Shown: in pieces, positions 41,315 to 50,426 of the stretch
Layout: every line of letters starts with the position of its first letter
Position numbering within the stretch: the first letter of the stretch is position 1
Assembly (NCBI GenBank): GCA_016432425.1
Contig: CP066688.1
Coordinates: 642,619 to 706,618 of the forward strand
DNA: 64,000 nucleotides
DNA from: Candidatus Daviesbacteria bacterium
GTDB taxonomy: Bacteria; Patescibacteriota; Microgenomatia; Daviesbacterales; UBA10151
Direction: 5' to 3'
Position numbers and translations under genes: made by a program
Notes under the pieces: model-generated
Database searches by the model: none
The model's input: only the letters and a program-made list of their open reading frames with translations
Told to the model about the DNA's origin: nothing

Positions 41315-41419
41315 AATAAGTCTGACAGCGTTCCGTATCTGAACGATTGGAATGATAGACCGAAGCTCAACTACAATCGGGATGACAATGCCAATCCGAA
41401 CTATGGTTCTGTAGTTGCG
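41315..41419 (+). mobile_element. DGR template region (TR)
   Basis: AAT/AAC-rich copy of the VR (aat aag tct gac agc gtt ccg tat ctg aac...). Confidence 0.95.
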
Positions 41420-41431
41420 ATAGTATCTTTT

Positions 41432-41569
41432 GAATTTTTAAAGTATCTTAACCAGCCTAATTTTAACCAATCACTACAATCTTATTTAGGTTATTTATCT
41501 CATGCAAATTCTTATCGTTTAACTAATAAATTAATAAGCTCAGTTCGGTTTTGGCATTTTCAGCATTAA
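41432..41569 (+). pseudogene. C-terminal remnant of a DGR reverse transcriptase
   Basis: FNQSLQSYLGYLSHANSYRL resembles the S-Y-x-G-x-x-x-H-A-N C-terminal motif of DGR RTs; no YxDD core present. Confidence 0.7.
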
Positions 41570-42196
41570 ATATTCCAAAATAGCCCGTTGGTTAACATTT
41601 TGCTTAAACCATTTTTTAGCCTCAAAAAGGGTCTTTAAAAACTGGGTAGCAGGTTCCGGATTGGTAGTTAGTTGATCGCGAAAATAAAAAATTAATCCAT
41701 CTAAAAACTCTCCCCGCTCTTCCAGTTTTTCAATATATTTAAATTGTTCTTCCAGTGAGGATTTTAATAATTTTTCTATATCTTTTTTATAATCCACCCC
41801 GTAGGTGGATTCAGTTGGCACCTTGTCTTTTATTGGATATTTTCTGATGATTTCACAGCGTGACAAAATAGTTGGTAAAAAATAACTCTCAGAGTTGGCA
41901 CCGAGAATTACCAAACCACTTTCTGGCAGCTCCTCGAGAGTTTTTAATAAAGTATTTTGGGCCACTTGAGTCAGCGTGGCAGCATCTTCTAAAACAGCTA
42001 CTTTGCCCTTAGCCTGGACAGGCTTAAAAGCAAAATGTTCTTTAATTTTTTTAGCTTCATTAATGCCCAGTTTGGAATCTGCGGGAATAAAAAGTAGATC
42101 CGGATGGTTTCGATTAATATTTAAGGAGGCAAGAATATTGTCAATCTCCCCTATTCTTGCTTGGGGATCGCCAGCCAGCAAAATTTTAGCTACCAT
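41540..42196 (-). CDS. holB: DNA polymerase III delta-prime-like subunit (short)
   Basis: HPDLL, AQNTLLKTLEE, LPTILSRC. Confidence 0.85.
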   Translation of the reverse strand: MVAKILLAGDPQARIGEIDNILASLNINRNHPDLLFIPADSKLGINEAKKIKEHFAFKPVQAKGKVAVLEDAATLTQVAQNTLLKTLEELPESGLVILGANSESYFLPTILSRCEIIRKYPIKDKVPTESTYGVDYKKDIEKLLKSSLEEQFKYIEKLEERGEFLDGLIFYFRDQLTTNPEPATQFLKTLFEAKKWFKQNVNQRAILEYLMLKMPKPN

Positions 42197-42304
42197 ATTT
42201 CGCATTCTAATTGGGAATCAAGGAAAAATCAATGAAACTAATTGACACTTTGCATTGATTTTGAGCATAATGAAATTAATCCGCTTGAGGGCGGAAAATT
42301 GTCT

Positions 42305-44026
42305 ATGGCAAACGGTTCTGTCCCAAATACTGCTCAAACAGTTTTAGCTCTAGAAGATATTCTTTTAAAACAAGGCTTGCTTTCCCAGTCTCAAGCCTCG
42401 GCCATTAAACTGGAAAGTATTAACTCCGGTAAAACTGCAGAACAAATTATTCAGGAGCATTCACTTATCCCGGCTGATAAAATTTTAACCGCCAAAGCCC
42501 AAATTTTAAATGTTCCTTTTGTCAAATTAGAAGGTAAAGCTATTCAAACACAACTTTTGACTTTGATTCCGGAAGCGGTCGCCCGCCGCTACAGCGTTAT
42601 TCCTTTTGATATGGAACAAGATCAGCTCTCTGTGGCCATGGCCGATCCATTGGATTTGGGGGTAATTCAATTTATTGAGAAAAAATCCGGCAAAAGAATT
42701 AAGCCCTACTTGGCCTCCCCGGCCGAAATTATTAAAACTATTGGTGAACAATATGCCCAAAATTTGGCTCCGGAAGTAACTTCTGCCCTACAAGAAGTGG
42801 CTGAGTCGCAACCAATCTCTAGCACCCACACTGAGGCGCCGGAGGTAATTAAAGAAGCGCCGGTGGCTAACATTGTCAATCAACTGCTGGAATATGCCAT
42901 GAAAACCCGGGCTTCTGATATCCATATTGAACCGGAAGAAGATCGGACTCGCGTCCGCTACCGTATTGACGGAATTTTGCAGGAAAAGATTATTTTACCC
43001 AAAGGGGTGCATGAGGCTTTAATCTCCCGGATTAAAATTATGTCTACTTTAAAAATTGACGAGCGGAGATTGCCCCAGGATGGGCGTTTTAGTTTTGAGT
43101 TTGGCGGTAAAGAAACTGATATCCGGGTTTCTACTGTCCCCACGGTTTTTGGGGAGAAAGTGGTGATGCGGTTACTCCCCAAAGGAGGTGGGGCCCCCAC
43201 TTTAATGGAGTTGGGACTCCGTGGTTCTTCTTTAAAAAATCTGGAAACCCAACTGCTACGTCCTCATGGGATTATTTTGATTACCGGACCGACTGGTTCC
43301 GGAAAAACAACTACCCTCTATTCTATTTTAACTAAAGTTTCTACCATCAAAGTTAATGTTGTGACAATTGAAGATCCTGTTGAGTATCAAATCCCCGGAG
43401 TTAATCAGGTTCAGGTTAATCCGCAAATTGGTTTAACTTTTGCCTCAGCCCTGCGCTCGTTTTTGCGGCAGGACCCCAATATTATTATGGTGGGAGAAGT
43501 TCGGGACACTGAGACAGCAGAACTGGCCATTCAAGCAGCCCTCACCGGCCACCAAGTTTTTTCTACCGTCCATACTAATTCGGCTGCCGGAGCAGCTCCC
43601 CGGCTTTTGGATATGGGAGTGGAGCCGTTTTTATTGACTTCGGCTTTGAATGTGGCAGTAGGCCAGCGGGTAGTACGTAAAATTTGTCCCTCTTGCCGGG
43701 TTCAGTATGATGCTCCCCCGGAAGTGATTGAAAATATTAAAGCTACTTTAGGCAAATTGATTCCCCAGAACCAACCTTTTAAATTATTTAAAGGTGCGGG
43801 TTGCCCCAAATGTAACAGTACCGGTTATTTGGGGCGGGTGGGAATTTATGAAGTGCTGGTGGTGACAGAGGGAATTATTAAATTAATTTTAGAACGGGCT
43901 TCTATCCAAAATATTGAAAATGCGGCAATACAGCACGGGATGATTACCATGAAACAGGATGGTTATTTAAAAGTTTTGGAAGGTGTAACTACCATGGAGG
44001 AGGTACTCAGAGTGGCTCAGGATTAG
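42305..44026 (+). CDS. pilB: Type IV pilus assembly ATPase PilB/GspE
   Basis: ASDIHIEP, GPTGSGKTT, LRQDPNIIMVGEVRD, tetra-Cys motif. Confidence 0.95.
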   Translation: MANGSVPNTAQTVLALEDILLKQGLLSQSQASAIKLESINSGKTAEQIIQEHSLIPADKILTAKAQILNVPFVKLEGKAIQTQLLTLIPEAVARRYSVIPFDMEQDQLSVAMADPLDLGVIQFIEKKSGKRIKPYLASPAEIIKTIGEQYAQNLAPEVTSALQEVAESQPISSTHTEAPEVIKEAPVANIVNQLLEYAMKTRASDIHIEPEEDRTRVRYRIDGILQEKIILPKGVHEALISRIKIMSTLKIDERRLPQDGRFSFEFGGKETDIRVSTVPTVFGEKVVMRLLPKGGGAPTLMELGLRGSSLKNLETQLLRPHGIILITGPTGSGKTTTLYSILTKVSTIKVNVVTIEDPVEYQIPGVNQVQVNPQIGLTFASALRSFLRQDPNIIMVGEVRDTETAELAIQAALTGHQVFSTVHTNSAAGAAPRLLDMGVEPFLLTSALNVAVGQRVVRKICPSCRVQYDAPPEVIENIKATLGKLIPQNQPFKLFKGAGCPKCNSTGYLGRVGIYEVLVVTEGIIKLILERASIQNIENAAIQHGMITMKQDGYLKVLEGVTTMEEVLRVAQD

Positions 44027-44027
44027 A

Positions 44028-45080
44028 ATGAATATACAACAATTACTGGAACTGACAATTGAAAAAAATGCTTCGGATTTACATCTGTCGGTGGGTTTTA
44101 TTCCCACCCTGCGCATCCATGGCCAACTAATGCCCATTGCCGGAATGCATCCTGTCAGCCCGGAAGAGATGGACTCAGTAGTAGTAGAGATGCTGACCCC
44201 GCAGCAAAAAGAGGTTTTTCAAAAGGAGTTGGAACTGGATTTTTCTTTTCAGTTTACTGATAGAGGGCGGTTTCGGGTTAATCTTTATCATCAAAAAGGG
44301 CAACTGGCAGCCGCCTTGCGACTGATCCCTTTGAAAATCCGTGGTCTGGAGGAGCTGGGAGCGCCCCTCATTTTAAAAAAACTGCCAGATTTAAAGCAGG
44401 GGTTTATTTTAATTGCCGGTCCCACCGGTCATGGTAAATCAACACTTCTGGCCTCTTTTATTAACCAGATTAACCAGACTCGTCCGGTTCATATTGTGAC
44501 CATTGAAGATCCTATTGAGTATGTTTATCCTCCAGGCCAAGCTTTAATCTCTCAGCGAGAAATGTACAACGATACCAAAAGCTGGGCCGCAGCCTTAAAA
44601 TACGCCCTGCGGGAAGACCCGGATGTAGTTTTAATCGGTGAAATGCGGGATTTGGAGACCATTTCTTCTGCCATGACCATTGCTGAAACCGGACATTTAG
44701 TTTTTGCTACCTTACATACTAACTCTGCTGCCCAATCAGTGGACCGGATTATTGATGTTTTCCAGGAAAACCAGCAACCTCAAATCCGCCTGCAGCTAGC
44801 CTCTACACTGGAGACGATTATTTCGCTGCGTCTGGTTCCGACGATCAATCCGGGGCGAGTTTTGGCAACTGAAATCTTATTTGCCAGCCCGGCAGTGAAG
44901 AATATTATCCGGGAAGGTAAAACTTATATGATTGATAACTTAATTCAGACCTCGGCGGAGCTGGGGATGGTGAGTCTGGAAAGCTCGCTGGCAGAACTCG
45001 TTAAAGCAGGCACGATCTCCGCAGAAGAAGCTCTCAAGTATGCTCTCCACCCTGAACTTTTGGGGAAACTGCTGAAATGA
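44028..45080 (+). CDS. pilT: Type IV pilus retraction ATPase
   Basis: ASDLHL, GPTGHGKST, ALREDPD, AETGHLVFATLHT, NIIREGK. Confidence 0.95.
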   Translation: MNIQQLLELTIEKNASDLHLSVGFIPTLRIHGQLMPIAGMHPVSPEEMDSVVVEMLTPQQKEVFQKELELDFSFQFTDRGRFRVNLYHQKGQLAAALRLIPLKIRGLEELGAPLILKKLPDLKQGFILIAGPTGHGKSTLLASFINQINQTRPVHIVTIEDPIEYVYPPGQALISQREMYNDTKSWAAALKYALREDPDVVLIGEMRDLETISSAMTIAETGHLVFATLHTNSAAQSVDRIIDVFQENQQPQIRLQLASTLETIISLRLVPTINPGRVLATEILFASPAVKNIIREGKTYMIDNLIQTSAELGMVSLESSLAELVKAGTISAEEALKYALHPELLGKLLK

Positions 45081-45111
45081 ATTTTAAAGGCGAAGCTTTC
45101 AAAAGAAGATC

Positions 45112-46314
45112 ATGAATTTTATCTACCGCACCAAAGATAAAGAAGGGCTGGACCATAAAGGGGAAATTGAGGCTGCTGACCAGCGGGCAGCAGCAACTCT
45201 TTTGCACAAACGCGGTTTTGTGGTCCTGGCCTTAAAGCCTAAATCAGAGACGGAAGGAGGCAGTTTGCTGGATCGTTTTTTCTCCCGGGTAACATTTTCC
45301 GATTTAGTGGACCTAACTCGCCAGTTGGCTACGATGGTGGGAGCCGGACTGGTAGTTTCAGAGGCGCTGGATATTTTACAAGATCAACAAAGCAATAAAG
45401 TCTTTAAAAAAACTTTGGAGGAAATCAGTAGCGACGTGAAAGGCGGGTTGACTTTAGGCCAAGCCATGAGCAAACATCCCCAAGTTTTTCCTGTGCTCTA
45501 TGTTAATTTAATTAAAAGCGGTGAGACGGCTGGTAAAATTGACCAGGTGCTTTTGCGGATGGCAGATAATTTGGAAAAACAACGGGAATTTAAAGCCAGG
45601 GTTAAAGGGGCTATGATTTACCCTGTGGTGGTAATTACCATGATGATTGGAGTAATGTTTTTGATGTTTGCCTTTGTGATTCCCCGTTTAACTGCCATCT
45701 ATACTCAAAGCAGTATGCAACTACCACTGCCTACCAGGATTTTAATCACTGTTTCTAATCTTACAGCCGGTTATTGGTATGTGATTATTTTAATAATAAT
45801 TACCATTATTTTAATCTTTAAGCGCTGGAAGCAAACGCCGGAAGGACATTTATCTCACGATAAACTTTTATTAAGACTGCCTTTGATGGGTAATTTAACC
45901 ACTAATGTTAATCTGGCAGATTTTACCAGAACTTTTGGCCTGTTAGTTTCTGCCGGAATTCCTCTGCTGGAGGCCATTAATATTGTCGAAGGGGTGACCG
46001 GTAACCAAGTGTTTAAAAACTCTCTCAAGCAAGCTTATGTGGGAGTGGAGCGGGGTTTGCCTTTTTCTAATATGGTATCCGGCGACCCTTTTCCGCGGAT
46101 TGTGGGACAAATGGTCAGAGTAGGAGAAGAGACCGGTAAAATGGATGAAGTTTTCTTTAAACTGTCTGCTTATTTTGAAACAGAATCAGATAATTTGGTG
46201 AAGAATTTAACCACCGCTATTGAACCAATTGTGCTGGTAATTTTAGGGCTAGGAGTAGCCTTCCTGGTAATTTCTATTATTCTACCTATATACAACCTCA
46301 CCAGTAGTTTTTAA
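45112..46314 (+). CDS. pilC: Type IV pilus platform protein PilC/GspF
   Basis: TRQLATM, GETAG, AMIYP, GEETG, IEP. Confidence 0.95.
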   Translation: MNFIYRTKDKEGLDHKGEIEAADQRAAATLLHKRGFVVLALKPKSETEGGSLLDRFFSRVTFSDLVDLTRQLATMVGAGLVVSEALDILQDQQSNKVFKKTLEEISSDVKGGLTLGQAMSKHPQVFPVLYVNLIKSGETAGKIDQVLLRMADNLEKQREFKARVKGAMIYPVVVITMMIGVMFLMFAFVIPRLTAIYTQSSMQLPLPTRILITVSNLTAGYWYVIILIIITIILIFKRWKQTPEGHLSHDKLLLRLPLMGNLTTNVNLADFTRTFGLLVSAGIPLLEAINIVEGVTGNQVFKNSLKQAYVGVERGLPFSNMVSGDPFPRIVGQMVRVGEETGKMDEVFFKLSAYFETESDNLVKNLTTAIEPIVLVILGLGVAFLVISIILPIYNLTSSF

Positions 46315-46360
46315 TTTCCCTCTTGACTGAGAGCTTATAGCTGTGAATATACTTAAGTAT

Positions 46361-46930
46361 ATGCGCCGAACTGCCCTCGGTTATAATTTGTTGTATCAAA
46401 AAAAACGCTCCCCCCTGGGGTTTACCTTAGTAGAACTTTTAGTTGTCATTGCCGTGATGGTTGTTTTAGTGGTGATGGTGATGGTTTTTCTTAATCCCTT
46501 TGAGCAGGTAAAAAGAACCAGAGATGCCAACAGGCTAACGGATTTAGCCCTAATAAAACAAGCAATTGATATTTCTTCGGAGGAGGCTACTGGTTCAGCC
46601 GAGCAGATACTTTGTCATGACACTACTGCTCCCTGCCGCGGCTTCAGTACTAGTGACAGTAAATCTAATAATGGCACGGGTTGGTTAAAAATTGATTTAA
46701 GTAATAATAAAACTGCGGCTTTGAGTAGCTTACCGGTTGATGAAATTAATGATGCGACCTATCATTATACGTATTGTTCAGATGGGAAGAATTGGGAAAT
46801 CAATGCTGTCTTGGAATCTGAAAAGCAAGCTCCATTGATGGGCAGTGATGGTGGCAATGATAATGCCAAGTATGAAATTGGTTCAGATCTGACTCTAATT
46901 TCCTCTACTGGCGGAGTGTGTAATTTTTAA
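46361..46930 (+). CDS. Type IV pilin
   Basis: GFTLVELLVVI class III signal; own TTGACT/TATACT promoter. Confidence 0.9.
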   Translation: MRRTALGYNLLYQKKRSPLGFTLVELLVVIAVMVVLVVMVMVFLNPFEQVKRTRDANRLTDLALIKQAIDISSEEATGSAEQILCHDTTAPCRGFSTSDSKSNNGTGWLKIDLSNNKTAALSSLPVDEINDATYHYTYCSDGKNWEINAVLESEKQAPLMGSDGGNDNAKYEIGSDLTLISSTGGVCNF

Positions 46931-46973
46931 ATACTGGTGGCAAGTTTCTCCTTAATTGATTTATGATTTAGAC

Positions 46974-47774
46974 ATGTTAGCTCTCTTAGGTTTTATAGTC
47001 GGTGCAGTTTTAGGCAGTTTTATTAAAACGTTGACCGATCGTATTCTAAGGCAAGATTCATTGGGTGGTAGATCCCGTTGCCCCCACTGCTCTCACCCTT
47101 TGGCTGCTTTAGATTTAATACCACTGCTTTCTTTTATATTTTTACAGGGCCGGTGCCGTCATTGTCACAAAAATATTGGTCTGGAATATTTGCTGGTAGA
47201 AGTAGTCATGGGAGTTTTGATTGCTTACTTATTTATACAGTATGTTCCCCAAACTATGGATTTGAGCACTGCAGGTGGCGGATGGATTTCAAGTTTCCAA
47301 CTGCTGTTTAAAATTTTTCTAATTAGCGTATTAGTAGCTTTAGCTTTAGCTGACCTTAAAAAAATGCTGATTCCGGATCGGATTGTTTTGCCAGCAATTT
47401 TGATCAGCACAGTTTACCTTTTAATCTTAGCAGGTTCTATTGATATTCAATTATTAATACCTAATTTCTTATCTGCTTTTGTAATTTGGTTATTTTTTAT
47501 GGCAATCATATTGGTCACTGGTGGCAAAGGCATGGGTGGAGGTGACGCTAAGCTGGGAGTTTTAATCGGTTTAAGCGTGGGTTTTCCTTTAAGCTTACTT
47601 TCCATCATGTTATCTTTTTTCTTGGGAGCAGGAGTGGCTTTAATTTTAGTGGCTCTCCGTAAAAGACGTTTTGGTCAAACTCTCCCCTTTGGGCCATTTA
47701 TGGTTTCCAGCACCATTATTTCCCTGTTTTGGGGATACTCTATCATTGATTGGTACCTAAAATTATCTTTTTAA
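46974..47774 (+). CDS. pilD: Prepilin peptidase
   Basis: GSF, RSRCPHC, GRCRHC, GMGGGD, PFGPF. Confidence 0.95.
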   Translation: MLALLGFIVGAVLGSFIKTLTDRILRQDSLGGRSRCPHCSHPLAALDLIPLLSFIFLQGRCRHCHKNIGLEYLLVEVVMGVLIAYLFIQYVPQTMDLSTAGGGWISSFQLLFKIFLISVLVALALADLKKMLIPDRIVLPAILISTVYLLILAGSIDIQLLIPNFLSAFVIWLFFMAIILVTGGKGMGGGDAKLGVLIGLSVGFPLSLLSIMLSFFLGAGVALILVALRKRRFGQTLPFGPFMVSSTIISLFWGYSIIDWYLKLSF

Positions 47775-47822
47775 AAATTTCCTCTTGACAAGATATTTTT
47801 TTTATTTAACAATGGAATAGTA

Positions 47823-48254
47823 ATGAGAAAATTTCTGCCCAGAACTGCCGCTAATCCTCAAGGTTTTACTTTAATTGAGTTATTGGTAGTGATCTCTATT
47901 ATTGCTATTTTATCAGTAGTAGGGGTAACAGTTTTTACCAATACCCAGAAAAACTCCCGTGATACCAGAAGAAAGGCTGATGTTGATTCCATTTCTAAGG
48001 CTTTGGAAGCAAATTACACCAGTGGATCTGCCACGCCCTACCCAATAGTAACTGCTAGTATGTTTACTAGCGGGATTATTCCTGCTGATCCCCAAAATAG
48101 TGGTGCATATGTTTATTCCGGAATCCCCGCTGCAGCGGCAACTACCTATACTGTTTGTACCAAAATGGAAAGCGGTAGCGGCGGTAATGCTTCTGACACT
48201 AACGGTGCAGCAGCTGCTAATGGACCTTTCTACTGCAAGAAAAATCAACAATAA
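47823..48254 (+). CDS. Type IV pilin (candidate major pilin)
   Basis: QGFTLIELLVVISII; own TTGACA promoter; 143 aa. Confidence 0.9.
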   Translation: MRKFLPRTAANPQGFTLIELLVVISIIAILSVVGVTVFTNTQKNSRDTRRKADVDSISKALEANYTSGSATPYPIVTASMFTSGIIPADPQNSGAYVYSGIPAAAATTYTVCTKMESGSGGNASDTNGAAAANGPFYCKKNQQ

Positions 48255-48263
48255 TTTCCCCGC

Positions 48264-48311
48264 CAATTGACATTGGACAATTGACATTGGACAATTAAAT
48301 TAATGTCCAAA
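48264..48311 (+). repeat. 48-bp heptamer-based direct repeat, copy 1 (includes ATG TCC AAA)
   Basis: caattgacattggacaattgacattggacaattaaattaatgtccaaa. Confidence 0.9.
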
Positions 48312-48794
48312 GGTTTTACTTTAATTGAATTATTGGTAGTAATCTCCATTATTGGGATTTTATCTTCAATTGGGATAGTCAGTTACTCTACTATTTTAAA
48401 AAACTCCCGTGATGCCAGAAGACAATCTGATATTAAAGCTATCCAATCAGCTCTTGAGCAATACCGGGCTGACCACAGTTTTTATCCCACTAGTTTAAAT
48501 TTAAGTTCTCTTGCTACCATTGATTCTAATTCCGGCAATCCCAACCCTCAAACTAATAATATCAATGTATATTTAAATAATACTCCAGTAGAGCCCAGTT
48601 TAAATAGCAGCTACCCTTATCTCTACAGCGCCTTACCAGCTAATTGTAATAACATTGGTACCAAATGTAGTAGCTATTGTATCTATGCTAAACTGGAAAA
48701 TTCAGTCTCCAAGGCCAGCCAATGCAGCGACAAACCTTTTACTTGTAATGCCAACAGTTCCAATTGTTACACTCTCAAGGCGACTATCCCATGA
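48303..48794 (+). CDS. Type IV pilin/pseudopilin
   Basis: KGFTLIELLVVISII; 5' end near-identical to the preceding pilin. Confidence 0.9.
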   Translation: MSKGFTLIELLVVISIIGILSSIGIVSYSTILKNSRDARRQSDIKAIQSALEQYRADHSFYPTSLNLSSLATIDSNSGNPNPQTNNINVYLNNTPVEPSLNSSYPYLYSALPANCNNIGTKCSSYCIYAKLENSVSKASQCSDKPFTCNANSSNCYTLKATIP

Positions 48795-49309
48795 ACAAGG
48801 GCTATACTTTAGTTGAACTGCTGGTAGTGATGACAATTTTGTCCTTAATTGGATTAACTAGTTTTATCAATCTGGGTAATTTCCGGGAAGACAAATTGCT
48901 TGATACCAGTTTAACTAATTTACAATCTTTAATCAGAAAGGCTCAATCTGATGCCAGCACCGGCCTGCGCTGTTCCGGGGTCGGTGGAGCCACCTGGTCT
49001 GTTGAATTTAAAGATCGCAAAAGCATTAATTTAAATTGCAAAGCCGCCAGCCAACAAAATGCTACCACTGTTTCAGTACTTTCTTTGGGGGGAGATATCC
49101 AAATTCAGTCAATTAGTGGTGACAGCGGTTGCCAGAGTAGCTTCCCTGCCAATTCTGTGACTGTTAATTTATTGCCGGTGGCTGCGGGAATGACTTTTAT
49201 TGACCCCACCGCCAGTTGTATTAGTACCAGTAAAACATTGAATATTACCCTATCTGGCAAGACCGGAACCAGAACTGTTAATATTAATAAAGGAGGAAGT
49301 ATCAACTGA
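48791..49309 (+). CDS. Minor pilin (FimT/GspH-like)
   Basis: MNKGYTLVELLVV. Confidence 0.88.
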   Translation: MNKGYTLVELLVVMTILSLIGLTSFINLGNFREDKLLDTSLTNLQSLIRKAQSDASTGLRCSGVGGATWSVEFKDRKSINLNCKAASQQNATTVSVLSLGGDIQIQSISGDSGCQSSFPANSVTVNLLPVAAGMTFIDPTASCISTSKTLNITLSGKTGTRTVNINKGGSIN

Positions 49310-49815
49310 ATTTTAGACTTTTAAATGAGATTGGGCAAAGTTTGATGGAGGTGATTGTGGTGATTACAGTGGCTTCCCTGGTAGTGGGGGCGCTAACTTT
49401 TGCCACCATCTCTAGTTTGCGTAATGCCCAGTTTTCCAAAAACCAAACTCAATCAACCAAACTAGCTCAAGCGGGATTGGAAGCAGTTAGAAACATCCGC
49501 AGTAAAGATGGCACCGTCACTTTTACTTATGCCGGAGGTACGACTGCTAAATTTTCTGATTTGTGGGCTATTCCCGGAGGAATGAATTCATCCTGCAGCC
49601 CTTGTTATTTTAAACTTGATCATAATAACTTAACTTTAACTGGAGTGACCGCAGTGACTTTTGAAACTTTACCTGGTAATTTAGAAAGGCAAGTGCAAAT
49701 TTGGGATAAAGCTTCTTCTGCCAGTGTGGAAAAAACAATTTCCGTCATCGTGCGCTGGAGTGATTTTGCAGGCACGCATCAATCCCAACTGACCTCAATC
49801 CTGAGAAAAATATGA
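49306..49815 (+). CDS. Minor pilin (PilV-like); start codon uncertain, possibly CTG
   Basis: GQSLMEVIVV prepilin site lies upstream of the ORF-track start; AQAGLEAVR. Confidence 0.8.
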   Translation: MNFRLLNEIGQSLMEVIVVITVASLVVGALTFATISSLRNAQFSKNQTQSTKLAQAGLEAVRNIRSKDGTVTFTYAGGTTAKFSDLWAIPGGMNSSCSPCYFKLDHNNLTLTGVTAVTFETLPGNLERQVQIWDKASSASVEKTISVIVRWSDFAGTHQSQLTSILRKI

Positions 49816-50378
49816 ATAAAAACGGGTTCACCTTGGTGGAAATTTTAGTAGTGATCGCAATTTTAACCGTGATGGGGGTAATTTTAAGTGAGATTTTTTT
49901 CCGCTCGGTTCGTGGTAGCGCTCAGGCAGAAATTATCTCCCGGATTAAACAAAATGGCCAGGCCGCCCTGGAAACCATGGATAAGACTTTAAGGAGCGCT
50001 GATGGGCTGGTGTGTGTGAGCAGTGATAATTCAGCAATTTTATTTGTCAAAAGTGGGGTTTATACCCGTTATACTTATACTGCTGCCACTTCTTCTGTCA
50101 ACGGCTCACTTTCAGTGGATTATCCTACTAGCGGGGATTGCAGCGCCCCCAAAGTTTCCGTGGCCTACTTAACTGACATTGGCAGCAGCGATCCTAAAAC
50201 CGGTGTTTCGATCTCTGGAACTTCTGGCAGCAGCGGAGTTTTTGTCCGTACTAAGCAAGCAGGAGTTAAAGATGTTGTGATGATCAGTTTTGATATTGGG
50301 GTGCCTTTAGGCTTACCTACTTATCTGAAGCAACGAATTGATCCCAGTAGTTTTCAAACTATAGTGGAACTGCGCTAA
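49812..50378 (+). CDS. Minor pilin (PilW-like)
   Basis: NGFTLVEILVV. Confidence 0.88.
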   Translation: MNKNGFTLVEILVVIAILTVMGVILSEIFFRSVRGSAQAEIISRIKQNGQAALETMDKTLRSADGLVCVSSDNSAILFVKSGVYTRYTYTAATSSVNGSLSVDYPTSGDCSAPKVSVAYLTDIGSSDPKTGVSISGTSGSSGVFVRTKQAGVKDVVMISFDIGVPLGLPTYLKQRIDPSSFQTIVELR

Positions 50379-50426
50379 CAATTGACAATGGACAATTGAC
50401 AATGGACAATTAAATTAATGTCCAAA
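50379..50426 (+). repeat. 48-bp heptamer-based direct repeat, copy 2
   Basis: caattgacaatggacaattgacaatggacaattaaattaatgtccaaa (2 differences from copy 1). Confidence 0.9.

Noticed and set aside
41237-41569. 110-aa ORF as a real gene
   Set aside because: It is a chance fusion of the leader, the stop-free TR and the RT stub
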